From the NCBI RefSeq assembly GCF_009914755.1, contig NC_060926.1: a stretch of 64,000 bases of DNA, one strand, 5' to 3'. The notes below the pieces were generated by a model. It searched no databases. It saw only the letters and a program-made list of their open reading frames with translations, and had not been told where the DNA came from. Of the stretch, positions 42,293 to 56,403 are shown in pieces (positions within the stretch are counted from its first letter, which is position 1; every line of letters begins with the position of its first letter). Both the position numbers and the translations under genes were made by a program. The DNA is from the human T2T-CHM13v2.0 reference genome, Homo sapiens.

Positions 42293-42830
42293 CATCATTA
42301 AGGGTCCTTTTGCTTGTAATTGGCAGAAATCCTACCTCAAAATGGCTTGAACTAAAACGAAATTTGTTGCTTGATAGACCTAAAAAGAACATGAGTAGGT
42401 CTGGCTTTAGTTGCTGCGAAGGCTCAAATGAGGTCACTGAGATCCATGTCTCAGGGCCCTTTCCTCTGAGTGTCGGTTTCATCATCAAGCTGCCTCTCTT
42501 CATGTAACCAATTAGCTGTAGCAGTCCCAACCTCCTAAACTCATCCTACGCATTCCAAACAGTGAAAAGTTTTCTTTTTCAGAAGCTACAGGAGAGCTTT
42601 CTTTTGATCTTCTTGTTCTGAATGTAGTATTTGCCCTATTCTGGACCAATCATTGTTACCTGTGGAATGGACAGTCCATCTGGCTTAAGCCAACACAGTA
42701 AATGATGGAGAAAATTTTACCTAAATGTAACAATTAGAAGGGTGATTTCTCACAGCAAATATGGGAAGCTGTTGCCAGAAGGAGGGAGAATTGATGTTAA
42801 GAAGCAAAACACAAATAACCACAAAAGAGC
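42293..42830 (-). mobile_element. Old MLT1 (N2/M/L-like) MaLR LTR
   Basis: tttgcttgtaattggcagaaatcctacctcaaaatggcttg...tggaccaatcattgttacctgtggaatgg. Confidence 0.6.
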
Positions 42831-42974
42831 TCCTCTTCTCTCCTCTCCTCTCTCCCCCAACCAGAAAAAAATGCACACTATCACCTAATGGAATGAAATT
42901 ATGCAGTACATATGGACATAAGTTTCATAAGTAGAAACCAACAGGCAAACATTGATATTTCTGTCTAGTTTTAT

Positions 42975-42997
42975 ACACACACACACACACACACACA
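42975..42997. repeat. (AC)n microsatellite
   Basis: Seen directly in the sequence. Confidence 0.9.
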
Positions 42998-44599
42998 AAA
43001 CCCCATATATCCATATGTTAAGGTTATGTTAATTCCTTCAGAGATCTTCTGGATTGTGTGGATAGCTGTGGTCCTTCAAACATCAATGAGACTTTCCTGT
43101 AAGCAGAGTTCACTACAAATCCGATTCATTACACTGGAAAAGTGAGGAGATATTTGCAATACTCCTAACTGACAAGGCACTTGAGGTTATACTGTTACCT
43201 CAAATCAAAATGCTTCTAATCCCACATTATTATGTCAGGTTTCCTTTTATCCTTCTGTTTCCTTTCTTCCTGTATCTCTCTCTTTTTACTTATTTTCTTC
43301 CTGTATATCTCTCTCTTTTCACTTTTTTTTAACCTTCCTTTCATTCAACAAACAGATATTGAAGGCTTCCTAAGTAGTAGGCTCTATATTAAGAGCTGAG
43401 AAAACAAAGATGAGTAAGCCAAATCTTTGGCTTCAAGGCAAGACAAACAGCTACACAGAGAGTTGTAATTTAGTCTGGTACATACTACAAAAAAAGAGCG
43501 AAATACTTAGTACTATGTGAACAGTTTATTTACTTGTGTCAATCATCCTTCCCCTGCCCTCTCCCCAGACCTTGTCTTGATAATGGTAGTGATCTTCTTC
43601 TGTGTTCCCAATGAGCCCTGTTCATACTTCTGTTTATCTCAGATTATTTTGTGTCTTTAATTATTTGCCAACCACAGACACTACCAGCAACAGAAGCAAT
43701 TAGATAGAATTTTAGGTATAATTTGCCATCAGTAACGGATGTGCTTTTTCCTACAGTTTCTCATAGTGATGGAGGATTGTTCTTACCCAACCACACTTTC
43801 TTTGGAAACAATGCTTACTGGGGAGCACCAAAAGTGAAGGCTGTAGTGTACTGCTCATGCAAGGAATTTATGTTTTAGTTTATGTGATCAATGAGCAAAT
43901 ATTCCTGTGCCTCCTGCCCCGCTCTATACCATCTTCCCTCGCACACAATAGCACCAATAATCCACTTTCAGTGTCTGAGCTTCCTGGCTGGAAAATCAGG
44001 CATCAAAACTAAAATTGAAAGTAGAGTTTGACACTTTCCAATGCCTTTTTTTTCATTGCTTTTGGATTTCCACACATAATACAAAGAAGGGAGAGAAGAT
44101 AGCCTCTAATGTCCTACTGAAATCTAATCATTCCAAAATAGCCTTTTGAAAGATTAGATGGTAGTGATTTAGGAAGGAGTAAATATTGATTATAATTCTA
44201 AATTGTACTGCTATGTTTGCACTCCAGTGCACTACAGATCATATTCACTGAAAAATTACTTAAGAAGACATAAGTTTGCTCACTTTATCCAAATATTTTG
44301 TATACATTTTTTTCTGAAGGAATATTTTTGGGAAAATAATACTTCTACATACAATTCTGATAATGGAAGAATGATTATGTCTTAATTACATGTAACAGAC
44401 TTCTCTTAGAGAAATACATTTCTTCATGCTAATAATTATTCATTTTTACTGTATTACAGGCTCTACCCTATAATATATCTGCCAGTTGAAAGTTGCTTTC
44501 TACTCTTCAAGGTGCAAGAACATATTAATTCCTCAATTTTATTCTTTGTCAGTTTTGTAACTATCAAGATTTCTTACTGAACTCGAAACTTATTCATAT

Positions 44600-45020
44600 A
44601 GCCTTCTTAAATTCCATGGATCAATTAAATTATTTAAAAGTATATTTAGTTCTTCTAAAACATCATGTTCTCTGGACTCTATGGAAACTTTTGCACATAC
44701 TGTTCATTTTGCCTGGAGCATTCTACTGCTCCCATCTATTTGCCTGTTTAATTTCCTTTCAATATGTAGCTTCCTTAGAAGTACTATTTTTTTCCAGGAG
44801 TCTCCTCTTGAATTCCTTTTACAGGTTACCTCCTAAAAATGTTTTCTAGCACCTTTCTCTTGTCTCTATATTTTGTACTATGGCTGCCTATTTATTTGTC
44901 TGTACTCAACTGGGCTTAATTCCTTGAGAGCAGAGGTAGGTTTTGTATCATAGACCTTACCACAGTGTTGGTATATAAGAGGTATTCCCTAGATATTTGT
45001 CACATGCATAAATAAATAAA
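44600..45020 (+). mobile_element. L2 3' relic
   Basis: ttttgcacatactgttcattttgcctggagca...ttccttgagagcagagg. Confidence 0.6.
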
Positions 45021-45997
45021 ACACAAATGATTGTCATTGATTACATGCTAGCTAACTTGCCAAATCCAAACATGATGGATTTATTTTTGGTTACTAGATG
45101 GTGACCAAAATCCTATGTAGTAAGTCTATATAATTGGCTAATATTTCCCTTAATTTATAGTATAGAATCAAGATGTAGTGTGAGGATATACAGTTATTTT
45201 CTTTTCATAGTTCATGTCACATCTCTTTTTCTTTAAAATAAAATATGTTTTGCACTTTCCTTTTGTTTGGTGACACCATTTATTCAACCTGCTTTAATAT
45301 GGGATAGAATAATATTTCTTTAATTTTGTCCTTTAAGTCTTGTGGACTTTCAAATAATGACTGCAAAATTAATGACAGTAACTAATAAACATTCACCTCC
45401 ATGAGGTGATTTTGTAGGCTCATAAGGAGCCTACAAATGAACAAGCCTGATGTTATTACACTTTGGGACATTTTGCAACAAATATTATTCTGTGGCTACT
45501 TGTAGATTGTTCAGTCCATCAGTAAAATTTTTTCTGAAATAAATATATAACTCATGGTAAGTACTAAAACATTTACTTGTAAGAGGTTTTATTTCATGCT
45601 TTGAGTTTGTTCATGAACATATGCTACTATTAGAAAGATTGATAATCGCCCAACATTAAAATGGCTACAAATTCATTCTCAATTTAAAAAATCAGATATT
45701 TCTGGCCCTCCATAAAAATAAACACAGGAAATTACTATTGTCAAAAGTTATCTCTAACTAAGATGTTCATTAATATAATCTTAGCAAAATCATACCACTT
45801 CAGACAAAACCACCAGAAATAGGCATCCCATGTTTAATAAAAAAAGGCTTCTTTCTTACAGAAAAAGTAAAGATACTGTGTCAAAGAAAAAATGATATAT
45901 AAAGAAGTTAATAGGGTAACTGCATAAATGGGTCCTTAAAATAAAGAGGTCCAGTAAAATACTGTAATATTTTATTTTTTTAGGTCTATTTATAAAA

Positions 45998-47053
45998 CAA
46001 CAAAAGCCAAAATTGACAAATGGGATCTAATTAAACTAAAGAGCTTCTGCAAAGCAAAAGAAACTACCATCAGAGAGAACAGGCAAGCTACAGAATGGGG
46101 GAAAATTTTTGCATTCTACTCATCTGACAAGGGGCTAATATCCAGAATCTATGATGAACTCCAACAAATTTACAAGAAAAAAACAAACAACCCCATCGAA
46201 AAGTGGGCAAAGGATATGAACACACTTCTCAAAAGAAGACATTTATGCAGCCAAAAGACACATGAAAAAATGCTCATCATCACTGGCCATCAAACAAATG
46301 CAAATCAAAACCACAATGAGATACCATCTCACACCAGTTAGAATGGCAGTCATTAAAAGGTCAGGAAAAAACAGGTGCTGGAGAGGATGTGGAGAAATAG
46401 GAACACTTTTACACTGTTGGTGGGACTGGAAACTAGTTCAACCATTGTGGAAGTCAGTGTGGCGATTCCTCAGGGATCTAGAACTAGAAATACCATTTGA
46501 CCCAGCCATCCCATTACTGGGTATATACCCAAAGGATTATAAATCATGCTGCTATAAAGACACATGCACACGTATGTTTATTGCGACACTATTCACAATA
46601 GCAAAGACTTGGAACCAACCCAAATGTCCAACAATGATCGACTGGATTAAGAAAATGTGGCACATATACACCATGGAACACTATGCAGCCATAAAATATG
46701 ATGAGTTCATGTCCTTTGTAGGGACATGGATGAAGCTGGTAGGGACATGGATGAAGCTGGAAACCATCATTCTCAGCAAATTATCACAAGGACAAAAAAC
46801 CAAGCACCGCATATTCCCACTCATAGGTGGGAATTGAACAATGAGAACACATGGACACAGGAAGGGGAACATCACACACTGGGGCCTGTTGTTGGGGGGG
46901 AAGGGGGGAGGGATAGCATTTTGAGATATACCTAATGTTAAATGACGAGTTACTGGGTGCAGCACACCAACATGGCACATGTATACATATGTAACAAACC
47001 TGCACGTTGTGCACATGTACCCTAAAACTTAAAGTATAATAAAAAAAGAAAAA
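45998..47053 (+). mobile_element. 5'-truncated L1PA (PA3-PA5-like), ~1.05 kb
   Basis: caacaaaagccaaaattgacaaatgggatctaattaaactaaagagcttctgc...gtaccctaaaacttaaagtataataaaaaaa. Confidence 0.96.
46262..46837 (+). pseudogene. L1 ORF2p C-terminal (cysteine-rich) fragment, non-functional
   Basis: [10 protein letters not shown]...[17 protein letters not shown]...[14 protein letters not shown]...IGGN* matches the ORF2p C-terminus; endonuclease and RT domains are absent; upstream frameshift near 46220. Confidence 0.93.
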
Positions 47054-47649
47054 TATACCACTCTATCTACTGTTTGAATAATAATAGTTCCCAAAAGAGA
47101 GAGAGGACTAAAGAGAGAACAAAATCATATTAATTAGATGACTAGTCTTCAAAAATTAGTTTAATGGCATAGGATGATTTTTGAAGGAAACAAATGCGAA
47201 CTTTCATTAGGGAAGCCCTTGTGCTTTAAGAAGATGTAAATAGCACACAATTGTGCTATTTCTGTGTCAAGGGTTCTTAGCGTAGACCCTAACTAAATTT
47301 TTGATATTTTTTTTGAGCACAGATAATGAGGACTTGTGGAGTTCTCCAAAGTGATTCTGTGAAGTAGGAACAATAGCAGTGTTACACATAGTATTCCTGA
47401 TGACTTCTAAAAATACTATGTGACATGATCTGATTAGTTGGTATACTTTTGTCCATTTCAATTTTTGAAGAGTTTATACAGACATTAAACTGAGAAAAAT
47501 AATATGTTTGTATATCAAAGATACCTACAAATTTGGGGTCACGTTAGAAAATTATTACATGGTGCTCCATCCCCGAGCATATGCCCTTGACTTATTTTGA
47601 ATCACAGAGACTGAAGTAAGGCTTTGGTTGTCCTAATTTACTAATAATT

Positions 47650-48260
47650 CTGTGCTCAAAAATTTCCAGTGATTCTCCACTGTTTGCAGAGGAAAATACA
47701 AAATCCTCTTAGGCCTATTTGGCCCTTAAAAAGCCAGTGCCACCTCAATATCTCTTTCACCTTCTGCTTTTCTTCATTGTATCCCAGCAACACGACTCCC
47801 TTGCTGTTACCAGACCATAGCAGGTGCACTCCTGCCTAAATATTTGAACTTGTTGTTCTTCCAGCCTGAGTTGTTTTTCTCCTGAGTCATACACATGACT
47901 TTGCACAAAGTCACTTTGTTAAAAAGATCTTCACTATCTATCTTGTTTCAATTTAAACCAAGCCACATCTGTGTACTCCTTCTCCTCTGACCAACTTTAT
48001 TTACCTCCATAGCATTTACAGGCTTCCACTATACAATGGCATTTATTTACTGTGGCCAACAGACTTTCAAGGTGGTCCTAGGATCCCTGCCTCCTGATGT
48101 TCACTTATTCATCATGTTTATTGATTATATGTTTCTGCTAGATTATAAGTTTCACAAAGGCATTTTTAAGTCTTCTTTATTTACTCATATATATTGGGTA
48201 CTTAGAATAGTACACAATATATAGTAGACACAATAAATATTTGTTGCATGAGTGAACACA
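47650..48260 (+). mobile_element. L2a-like 3' region
   Basis: ctagattataagtttcac...cttagaatagtacacaatatatagtagacacaataaatatttgttgcatgagtga. Confidence 0.75.
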
Positions 48261-48454
48261 TAAATACATTATTTTTGTCTGCCCTGTCAGTGGATTTATC
48301 TATTTATTTTCTTTGGCTTACTCCCTATGCTGTGATTACAAACACTTGAGGCCAAAGTTAATTCCAAGACTCATGTGCTTGGTTAAGGAAATTTATGGCT
48401 AAGAAACATTAATGCTGTGTCAATAGAATGTTCCACATTTTGGCATGTGTTATA

Positions 48455-48803
48455 CATTTGTCCCTCGGTATCTATGGGGGATTGGTTCCAGAACTTCTCA
48501 CAGATACTAAAATCCATGGATGTTCAAGTCCCTTATACAAAACAGCATAGTATTTGCATACAGCCTACACAAATATTCCCAAATACTTTTAATCATCTCT
48601 AGATTACTTATAATACTTAACGCAATGTAAGTGCTATGTAAATAGTTGCTAGTTGTTATACTGTATTGCTTAGGAAACAATGACAAGAAAAAAAATCTGT
48701 ACATGTTCAATAGAGATGCAATTTATTTCTGAATATTTTTGACCCACAGTTAGTTGAATCCATGGATGTAAAAAAATCATAGATACATACAGAGGGATGA
48801 CTG
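48455..48803. mobile_element. MER2 (TcMar-Tigger MITE), full length
   Basis: tccctcggtatctatgggggattggttccag...tacagagggatgactg flanked by TA. Confidence 0.9.
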
Positions 48804-49079
48804 TATTTTGTTTGGGGTTATTACTAATTTATGAATTTCCACTTTGCACAGTACCTAGTATGGACATTTCATAATAAACTTGGGTGGGGTTTCAAATAAA
48901 AGCATATAATATTTTATAAGGGAGCTTCAAGAAAAAAAAAAGAAAACTAAGATTAATCACACTTGACCAGATGCCTTCCAGAAATACAAAGGAAAGGAAC
49001 GATTAAGTAATCATAGAAGAAACATGATCGGTAAACATAGAAAGCTGCAGCTTGTACTGTAGCCCCATTCCCCACCTGG

Positions 49080-49602
49080 GGACAGTTTCTGAAGGTGGGA
49101 ATCTGGGTGCAACTTAACTGAGTGTCTGCACTTGAGGTTTCTCAAAAGGCTGGGATGAAGGTGTTGGCTGGTGTTTCTGTCATTAGAATTAACCCAAGGG
49201 TGAGCTGTGAAAGGATCTGCTTCTTAGCTCACTCACATCATTGTTGGCAGGATTCAGTTCTTTGTGGGCTGTTCATCTGAGGACCTCAGGTCCTCTCCAG
49301 CTGTTGCTGGGAGATCTCCCTCAGTGTCTTGTCATGTGGACCTCACCATAGGGCAGTTTATAACAGAACACATGGATTACCTCAAAGCAAACCAGCAAAG
49401 AATTACATAAAGCCAGCAAGACAGAAGTCATGCTCTTTTGGTAATGTAACCTAGGAAGTGACATTCTATCACTTTTGTCAAATTATATTCATTGGAATTG
49501 AGTCACTGTGTCCAGCCCACACTCAAAAGTATGGGATTACACTAGGGTTTAATTAGCAGGAGGTTAGAAATTTAAACGCAGCTTTATTGTCTGCCCACCA
49601 CA
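49080..49602 (-). mobile_element. MLT1F/G-like MaLR LTR
   Basis: ttgttggcaggattcagttctttgtgggctgt...gtccagcccacactcaa...ctgcccaccaca. Confidence 0.7.
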
Positions 49603-49769
49603 AGTATAAAACAAATGAGTGACTATGTTAGTATCATTGGGTATTAAAATTTGCAGCACTGGAGAAAGGACGTACAGGTATAAGGTTAAAGAATAAGGAA
49701 AAAGCTATTCATACTGAAATGGAAATGGAAATACGACTTCGTAGTGTATGTGATATATATATATATATA

Positions 49770-50140
49770 TTTCTGCCCAGGCCTGTGGCCCACTATTTCT
49801 CCAAGGAGCCTTGTCTTTTTTTTACTAGGAAATATAATTCAGAGAATATAATCTGGATGTTTGAAGTGCTCATTAGTCTTAAGGCCCTTTCAGTGGACAA
49901 AATGGGAATGTATATATATATATAATACATATATAATATATAATATATTACCCTTAAGACTTAAGTCTTAAGGCCCTTTCAGTGGACAAAATGGGAATAT
50001 ATATATATAATATATAATATATTAGCCTTAAGACTAATGAGCACCTCAAACATCCAGATTATATTCTCTGAATTATATTTCCTAGTGAAAAAAAGACAAG
50101 GCTCCTTGGAGAAATAGTGGGCCACAGGCCTGGGCAGAAA
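49770..50140. repeat. Near-perfect inverted repeat, 116-bp arms (49770-49885 / 50025-50140), 139-bp spacer
   Basis: Arms are reverse complements with 2 mismatches; the ORFs at 49719 (+) and 49979 (-) share an identical peptide stretch. Confidence 0.97.
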
Positions 50141-50434
50141 ATATAAAAAATTAGCTTGAAAGAACTTGGTATAGCAGGAAACAAGGCCACTAGAGGTATC
50201 AAAGAAATTTAGAAACCAACTAGAAAAGGCTTTCACAGTTCAAAAATAAGAAAATATGAGCATAAATAGAACTAGTAGCTATAGTGAATACAAAGACATA
50301 AATTCCATTTAAAATTATGAGTTATTACGTCTCCTCTAAGGAAAGCTTGAGAACTAACTGGTCATTTGGAAAACTGATAAAGGAAAAGAATCAAACATAT
50401 ATCCTGCTTTTCATATACAAATCTTAAGATAACC

Positions 50435-50956
<522 letters not shown>

Positions 50957-50969
50957 AGATAACCATATA

Positions 50970-51319
50970 CAATCATGCAATGAATAACGATATTTTTGGT
51001 CAACAATGGACCACATAAACAACAGTGGTCTTATAAGCCTATAATACTGTGCTTTTACTGTAACTACTCTATGTTTAGGTATGTTTAGATACACAAATAT
51101 TTACCATTGTGTTATAATTGTCTAGTTCAGTTCAGTAACATGCTAGGCAGGTTTGTAACCTATATCGTATAGCCTATTATACCGTAGAGCTTATGCCTGT
51201 GGTAGGCTGTGCCATCTAGGTTTACTTAAGCATATACTTTATGATATTCAAACAATGACAAAATCATCTACTGATGCATTTCTCAGAATGGATCCTCATT
51301 GTTACGCAATGCGTGACTG
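50970..51319. mobile_element. Tigger3a/MER7A-like MITE
   Basis: caatcatgcaatgaataacga...gatgcatttctcagaatg...gcaatgcgtgactg flanked by TA. Confidence 0.85.
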
Positions 51320-52532
51320 TAGTTGAAGAGATAAAGTTTTTCTTTGTGCAAGTATTCCAGCTAATGAAAGTAGAAATATTTAAAGTAAAATACCATTTTT
51401 TGTAATCTCTAATAAAAGGTGGATTTTGGTATTGATTATTATGGCTGTTAACACTACATAAACATGAAAGAGCAAAACACCATATAAGCCATACTTTGTC
51501 AATAAACTGCATCCATGTCTGATGCAGAAATGTAATAAATGGTACCAGCAAGTTGCAATTTGTTAAATCCATACTTTAAGATACTCTACTGGAAAGATGT
51601 CACAGTTTTTTCAAGAAGTAAATTGCAAAGAAGTAATACGAGGCAATGTGACACATCAACCATTTGCAAGAGATGGAATACATTTGCTTTCTTATTGATA
51701 TAATAAGCAGAAAACAATTTATGAAACCATCATAGAAATTTGAAAAAATAGAATATTTGACTATGATATTGAGAAACTATTTAGGATATTCTAGGCCTGA
51801 TGATGATATAGAGTTTATTTAGTGTTTATTTTTTTAAAAGCATTCTCCTGTTTCTAAGACACAGACTAAAATTGTTACAGGAATATGGTATGATGTTGGT
51901 AGCTGGTTCAAAATAATCTAGAGTGAAAAAGGAAGAAAGTATAGGAATATATGTGAAACAATTTGAATTTATCATACAGCATTCTCTTTATTGTATATTT
52001 TCAAAATTTGGCATAATAAAAGTTTTTAAAGTTTACAAGTTTCTATTTAATCCCTACTGTAGTCATATTAAGGGAAAAAACATATAATGAAATAGCAACA
52101 AAATATTCCATAACATATATCAACTTGACACAAACCTTAGGATTACTTGCTTTAATGTGGAATTTTAATCATATTGTGTTTAATTTTAAATATTAATTTC
52201 TTAGTGTTCTGCTTAGATTGAAAAATTTTTTAGCACTATTCATTTTAAGAGTTGCTTTATTGCTAGATAATGGCCCATAAAATAAGCATAACTTGTTTAA
52301 TTTACTTTTCATCGCCTACTTACCATTTAAGTTTTTTCTACTTTTCAGTGTTATAAATAATACTGAAATAAATACTTTTTGCATGTAATTTTTTTTTAAC
52401 CAAGCTCATTTATTTTAGGGCACATGGGTCTTTTATAAATCCATCTCTTTGGATTAATTCCCAAAATTTAAATAACTGATATAAGGTCTTATCATTCTAA
52501 ATATTACTGATACATGAAGACAAATCACTCTC

Positions 52533-52985
52533 TGTAGATATGAAAAATGCATTTGGTAACAAAAAATTGAACTTTCTGTAACAATCACCTAAACAGGGAG
52601 TGTTCTGTTTATCTTACATAATGAAAAGTTCAGGGCTAATAGCATGGCACCATGCATGGTGTCATCAGTAACAAGTCCCTTCTATCCCTTCTGCCATCTC
52701 TAATGCTACCGATGGTCATGATTGGTTGCTGAAGCACCATATCTGAGGGCCAGACTGGAATAGGATGGAAGGGGCAAAACTTTCTTTCAAAGCATTATCT
52801 TTCTATGCAGATAGGCGGCTAATTCCTAAAAGACTTCCAACTTCTCAACAGTCAGAATTGTGTTGCAAAGTCATGCCTGACTAGAAGGTATGTAGGAAAA
52901 TATGAGTTTCATTTTCTAATCTGCATAAAAAAAGATAAGGTAGATGAAAATGGACCCCGAGTGAGCCAATTCATAGTATAAGAGC
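52533..52985 (-). mobile_element. Old MLT1 (K/L-like) LTR
   Basis: tttatcttacataatgaaaagttcaggg...cagaattgtgttgcaaagtcatgcctgact. Confidence 0.5.
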
Positions 52986-54964
52986 CTGGGTTCAGGAATC
53001 CCAAAGTGCAAATGACAACCAGTCTTTGGTATAATCATTCACATTCCACTTAATAATTACATATAAAATGCTATCTTGTTTTTCAGCTGTATCCATTAAG
53101 CTGTCAATTGGAATAATTTTTTATCTTTATTAATTTTATTATTTATTTTCTAAATTACCTATACATGTGTTTTGTCATTACCTAACTAGGTAATTTTTAA
53201 AACATTTATATCAACAACTTTATGGGTGGCAGATGTACTGTACTTAAGAGGACTGAGAGGTCAGAATCTGAAATTAAGTTATCTGGTTTTGTGTTATTGC
53301 TCAACCTCTTAGCAATCATGCAAACTTGGAATTCTCCTGGGCATATAGCAAGTGTTCTGTACATTTTAGTTTATTGTTATTTTCATTGTTTTTGAAATAA
53401 GAAGCAATCACTAGAAAACTGAATTTTTAGAAAAAAATGTTGAGAATTTCTCGAAATAATGTTTTCTACTCATCCTCCATGGAAAGAGCTTTAGCTCTGG
53501 ATATATTTTCCTACTTTTTGGCATTCGCAAGTTTTTCATAATATACTCCATTATACAGTGAACAACTGATGAGCTCAGAAAATACCGGGTAAACTCTTCA
53601 GTTTTAAAGTGTTAATAATAGACATGAAGTATCATCATTCTGCTATAGAATAGTTTGATTTTTAACCAAAACCACTTCCTTATTCCAATGGAATGCATAT
53701 TTTGCAATTTGATGTCTTTGTTAGCAACTTTCTGATGGGTGAACCATTTTAGCGAAGGACAATTTCCAGAAACCATCAAGTAATACTTTAGTGATGATTG
53801 TACAATTTGCCATCACAGTTCATATAAACTTCTTGAGGTTATTTAACTAAAAATGAATCAGAACAAACAAGTATTTTGAAGATTTGCTTCAAACTTGAGG
53901 AAATTCCAGCCTTAATCACATATACACTCCTGGTGGAAGTTATACTATATTTGGCTATAGACCCAGGGATCCTTATAGATGACAAAGGCAAGTGTTAATG
54001 AGTCCATTATTAGTGTTGGTTGTTTTTATTAAAATTTCTCAGAGCTCCAGGAGGTGAACTAGTATATTCTTTTTATTTTAGATGCTTGATGTTTTAAGTG
54101 GAATATGAAACATCTTTGAATCACAGCGGCAGACTCTTGAGGATGATTAAGCATGGTGTCTATTAAAAAACTATTCCAATTACAAAAAGACCTGTGCTAA
54201 ATAAAACTACACTCACAGAGTGAGGAATTTGGTATTTAACAATCTTTAAAGATTTTCATTTATATTCCTTAAGTTTTTCTTCTATATTTTATTCATTCAG
54301 AGTAAACCTAACATCTGAAAATTAAGGACCAAGTTAGAGACCTTCCAGTTTCAAAGACAAGTTTCTTATAAGAACTCTCTGTATTCAGTCTCTCCATTTC
54401 CTGACTTTTTATACATTTCTCAGCCTAGTCATTAATTTAATCTATTATTCTACTTCCAAATGTCTCATGATTATCACCAAACACATTTTTCTAAATCCAC
54501 TGGATATTCTCCAACCATCATATTACTTGGCCCCTAAGTAGCATTTACTTTTGTTAGCCTGGATCTATATTTACCTTGGTTTCCTGGTTATCTATCTTTT
54601 ATGTTTCTTCTCTTATGTTAGGCAATCCATTTTCTGCCTTGTTTGGAATCTTACCTTCTCTACTGATTGGAATTCCTCAAGGCTCCCTCTAAAGATTGTT
54701 TTCTTTTCATTCTATAATATTTCCCTAGATAATCATATATGTACCAATTGACACCTATAAGTGGATAAACAAGAAGTTTATTTCTTAAGGCCAGATCTTA
54801 CTTTTAGCCCAAGATATGTATATCCACTGCCTCCTTGACAAAGTCTTTTGGATATCTCAAATCTCTACATGGTCTATATCCAGCTCTCCTTTCAAGCCTT
54901 GGCTCCTCATGTAATAGAACCTGTATGAATCTAGCTTCTAAGACAGTGATTAAAAGTCAATCCT

Positions 54965-55258
54965 GGCCAGGCGTGGGAGCTCACACCTGTAATCCTAGCA
55001 CTTTAGAGAGGCCAAGGCAGGCGGATCACTTGAGACCAGGTATTTGAGACCAGCCTGGTCAATGTGGTGAAACCCTGTCTCTATTAAAAAAAAAAAAATT
55101 AGCTGGCATGGTGGTGCATGCCTGCTGTCCCAGCTACTCAGGAGACTGAGGCAGGAGAATCACTTGAACCTGGAAGGCCAAGTTGCAGTGAGCCGAGATT
55201 GCGCCACTGCACCACTCCAGCCTGGGCAACAGAGTGAGACTCCGTCAAAAAAAAAAAA
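54965..55258 (+). mobile_element. AluS
   Basis: ggccaggcgtgggagctcacacctgtaatcc through poly(A); TSD aaaagtcaatcct / aaaagtcatccct. Confidence 0.96.
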
Positions 55259-55578
55259 AAAAGTCATCCCTGATATCCATCTCCCTATTTCCCCTGTTCG
55301 ATTAATCAAAAATTCTCTTGAATCTACTTGTTAAATGCTACTCAAGCTCATTTACTTCTTAGTGTCTTTCACTAACTAACACCAATTTTCTTAGTTCAGC
55401 TGTGATTTAACCTTTTCCCTTAATGTATCTACAATAGGAACCTAAATCATCTACATACATGTACCCCCCAGCTTCCCTGCAGTCCATTCTTTGCACTCAG
55501 CCAGAGCTATAATTCCATCACATTGATCAGATATTGATATTCCTTGAGCAAAACACTTACAGGCTTTCCTTTCCTTTT

Positions 55579-55793
55579 AGAGTAGCACAAATTTGCCAAC
55601 TTTCCCATTTACCAACTGATACTGTTTGGCTACATCCCCACCCAAACCTCATCTTGAATTGTAGTTCCCATAATTTTCACATGCCCTGGGAGGCACCCAG
55701 TGGGAAGTAATTGATTCATGGGGCAGTTACCCCCATGCTACTGTTCTTGTGAGAGTGAGTGGTTTCTCACAATATCTGATGGTTTTATAAGGG
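55579..55793 (+). repeat. Local duplicate of 56986-57200 (38 bp flank plus 5' part of THE1 LTR)
   Basis: 215-bp ungapped match, about 17 mismatches by hand count. Confidence 0.93.
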
Positions 55794-55917
55794 CCTTCTT
55801 TTCCTCCCCTACTTTGAATTCCCTTTTTATTAACTTTCACTTATTCCTCAGATTTCTGCATGCTCTCTGTCTCTCTCTTTTTCTCTCTCTCCATGTGTAT
55901 GTGAGTACATAATATGT

Positions 55918-56003
55918 ACACACACAGAGGTGTATGCACACACACACACACACACACATGCACACACACACACAGAGAGAGAGAGAGGGAGAGAAAGAGA
56001 GAT
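55918..56003. repeat. (CA)n(GA)n compound microsatellite
   Basis: Seen directly in the sequence. Confidence 0.9.
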
Positions 56004-56097
56004 AAAGAAATCTCTCCACAGTGACAAATGCATATTTTCTTATAAGGCTATGGATGGCTGCCTGTATTCCCCTTTATTCTTTAAGCTAAGGCTGTGA

Positions 56098-56403
<306 letters not shown>

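Noticed and set aside
49719-50236. Two opposite-strand ORFs sharing FLPRPVAHYFSKEPCLFFTRKYNSENIIWMFEVLISLKA
   Set aside because: This is a by-product of the inverted duplication of non-coding L1MC DNA, not a gene pair
53566-53600. ctgatgagctc, similar to the start of amniote intronic hammerheads
   Set aside because: No complementary gagc-gaaa to close stem II and no stem I/III pairing found
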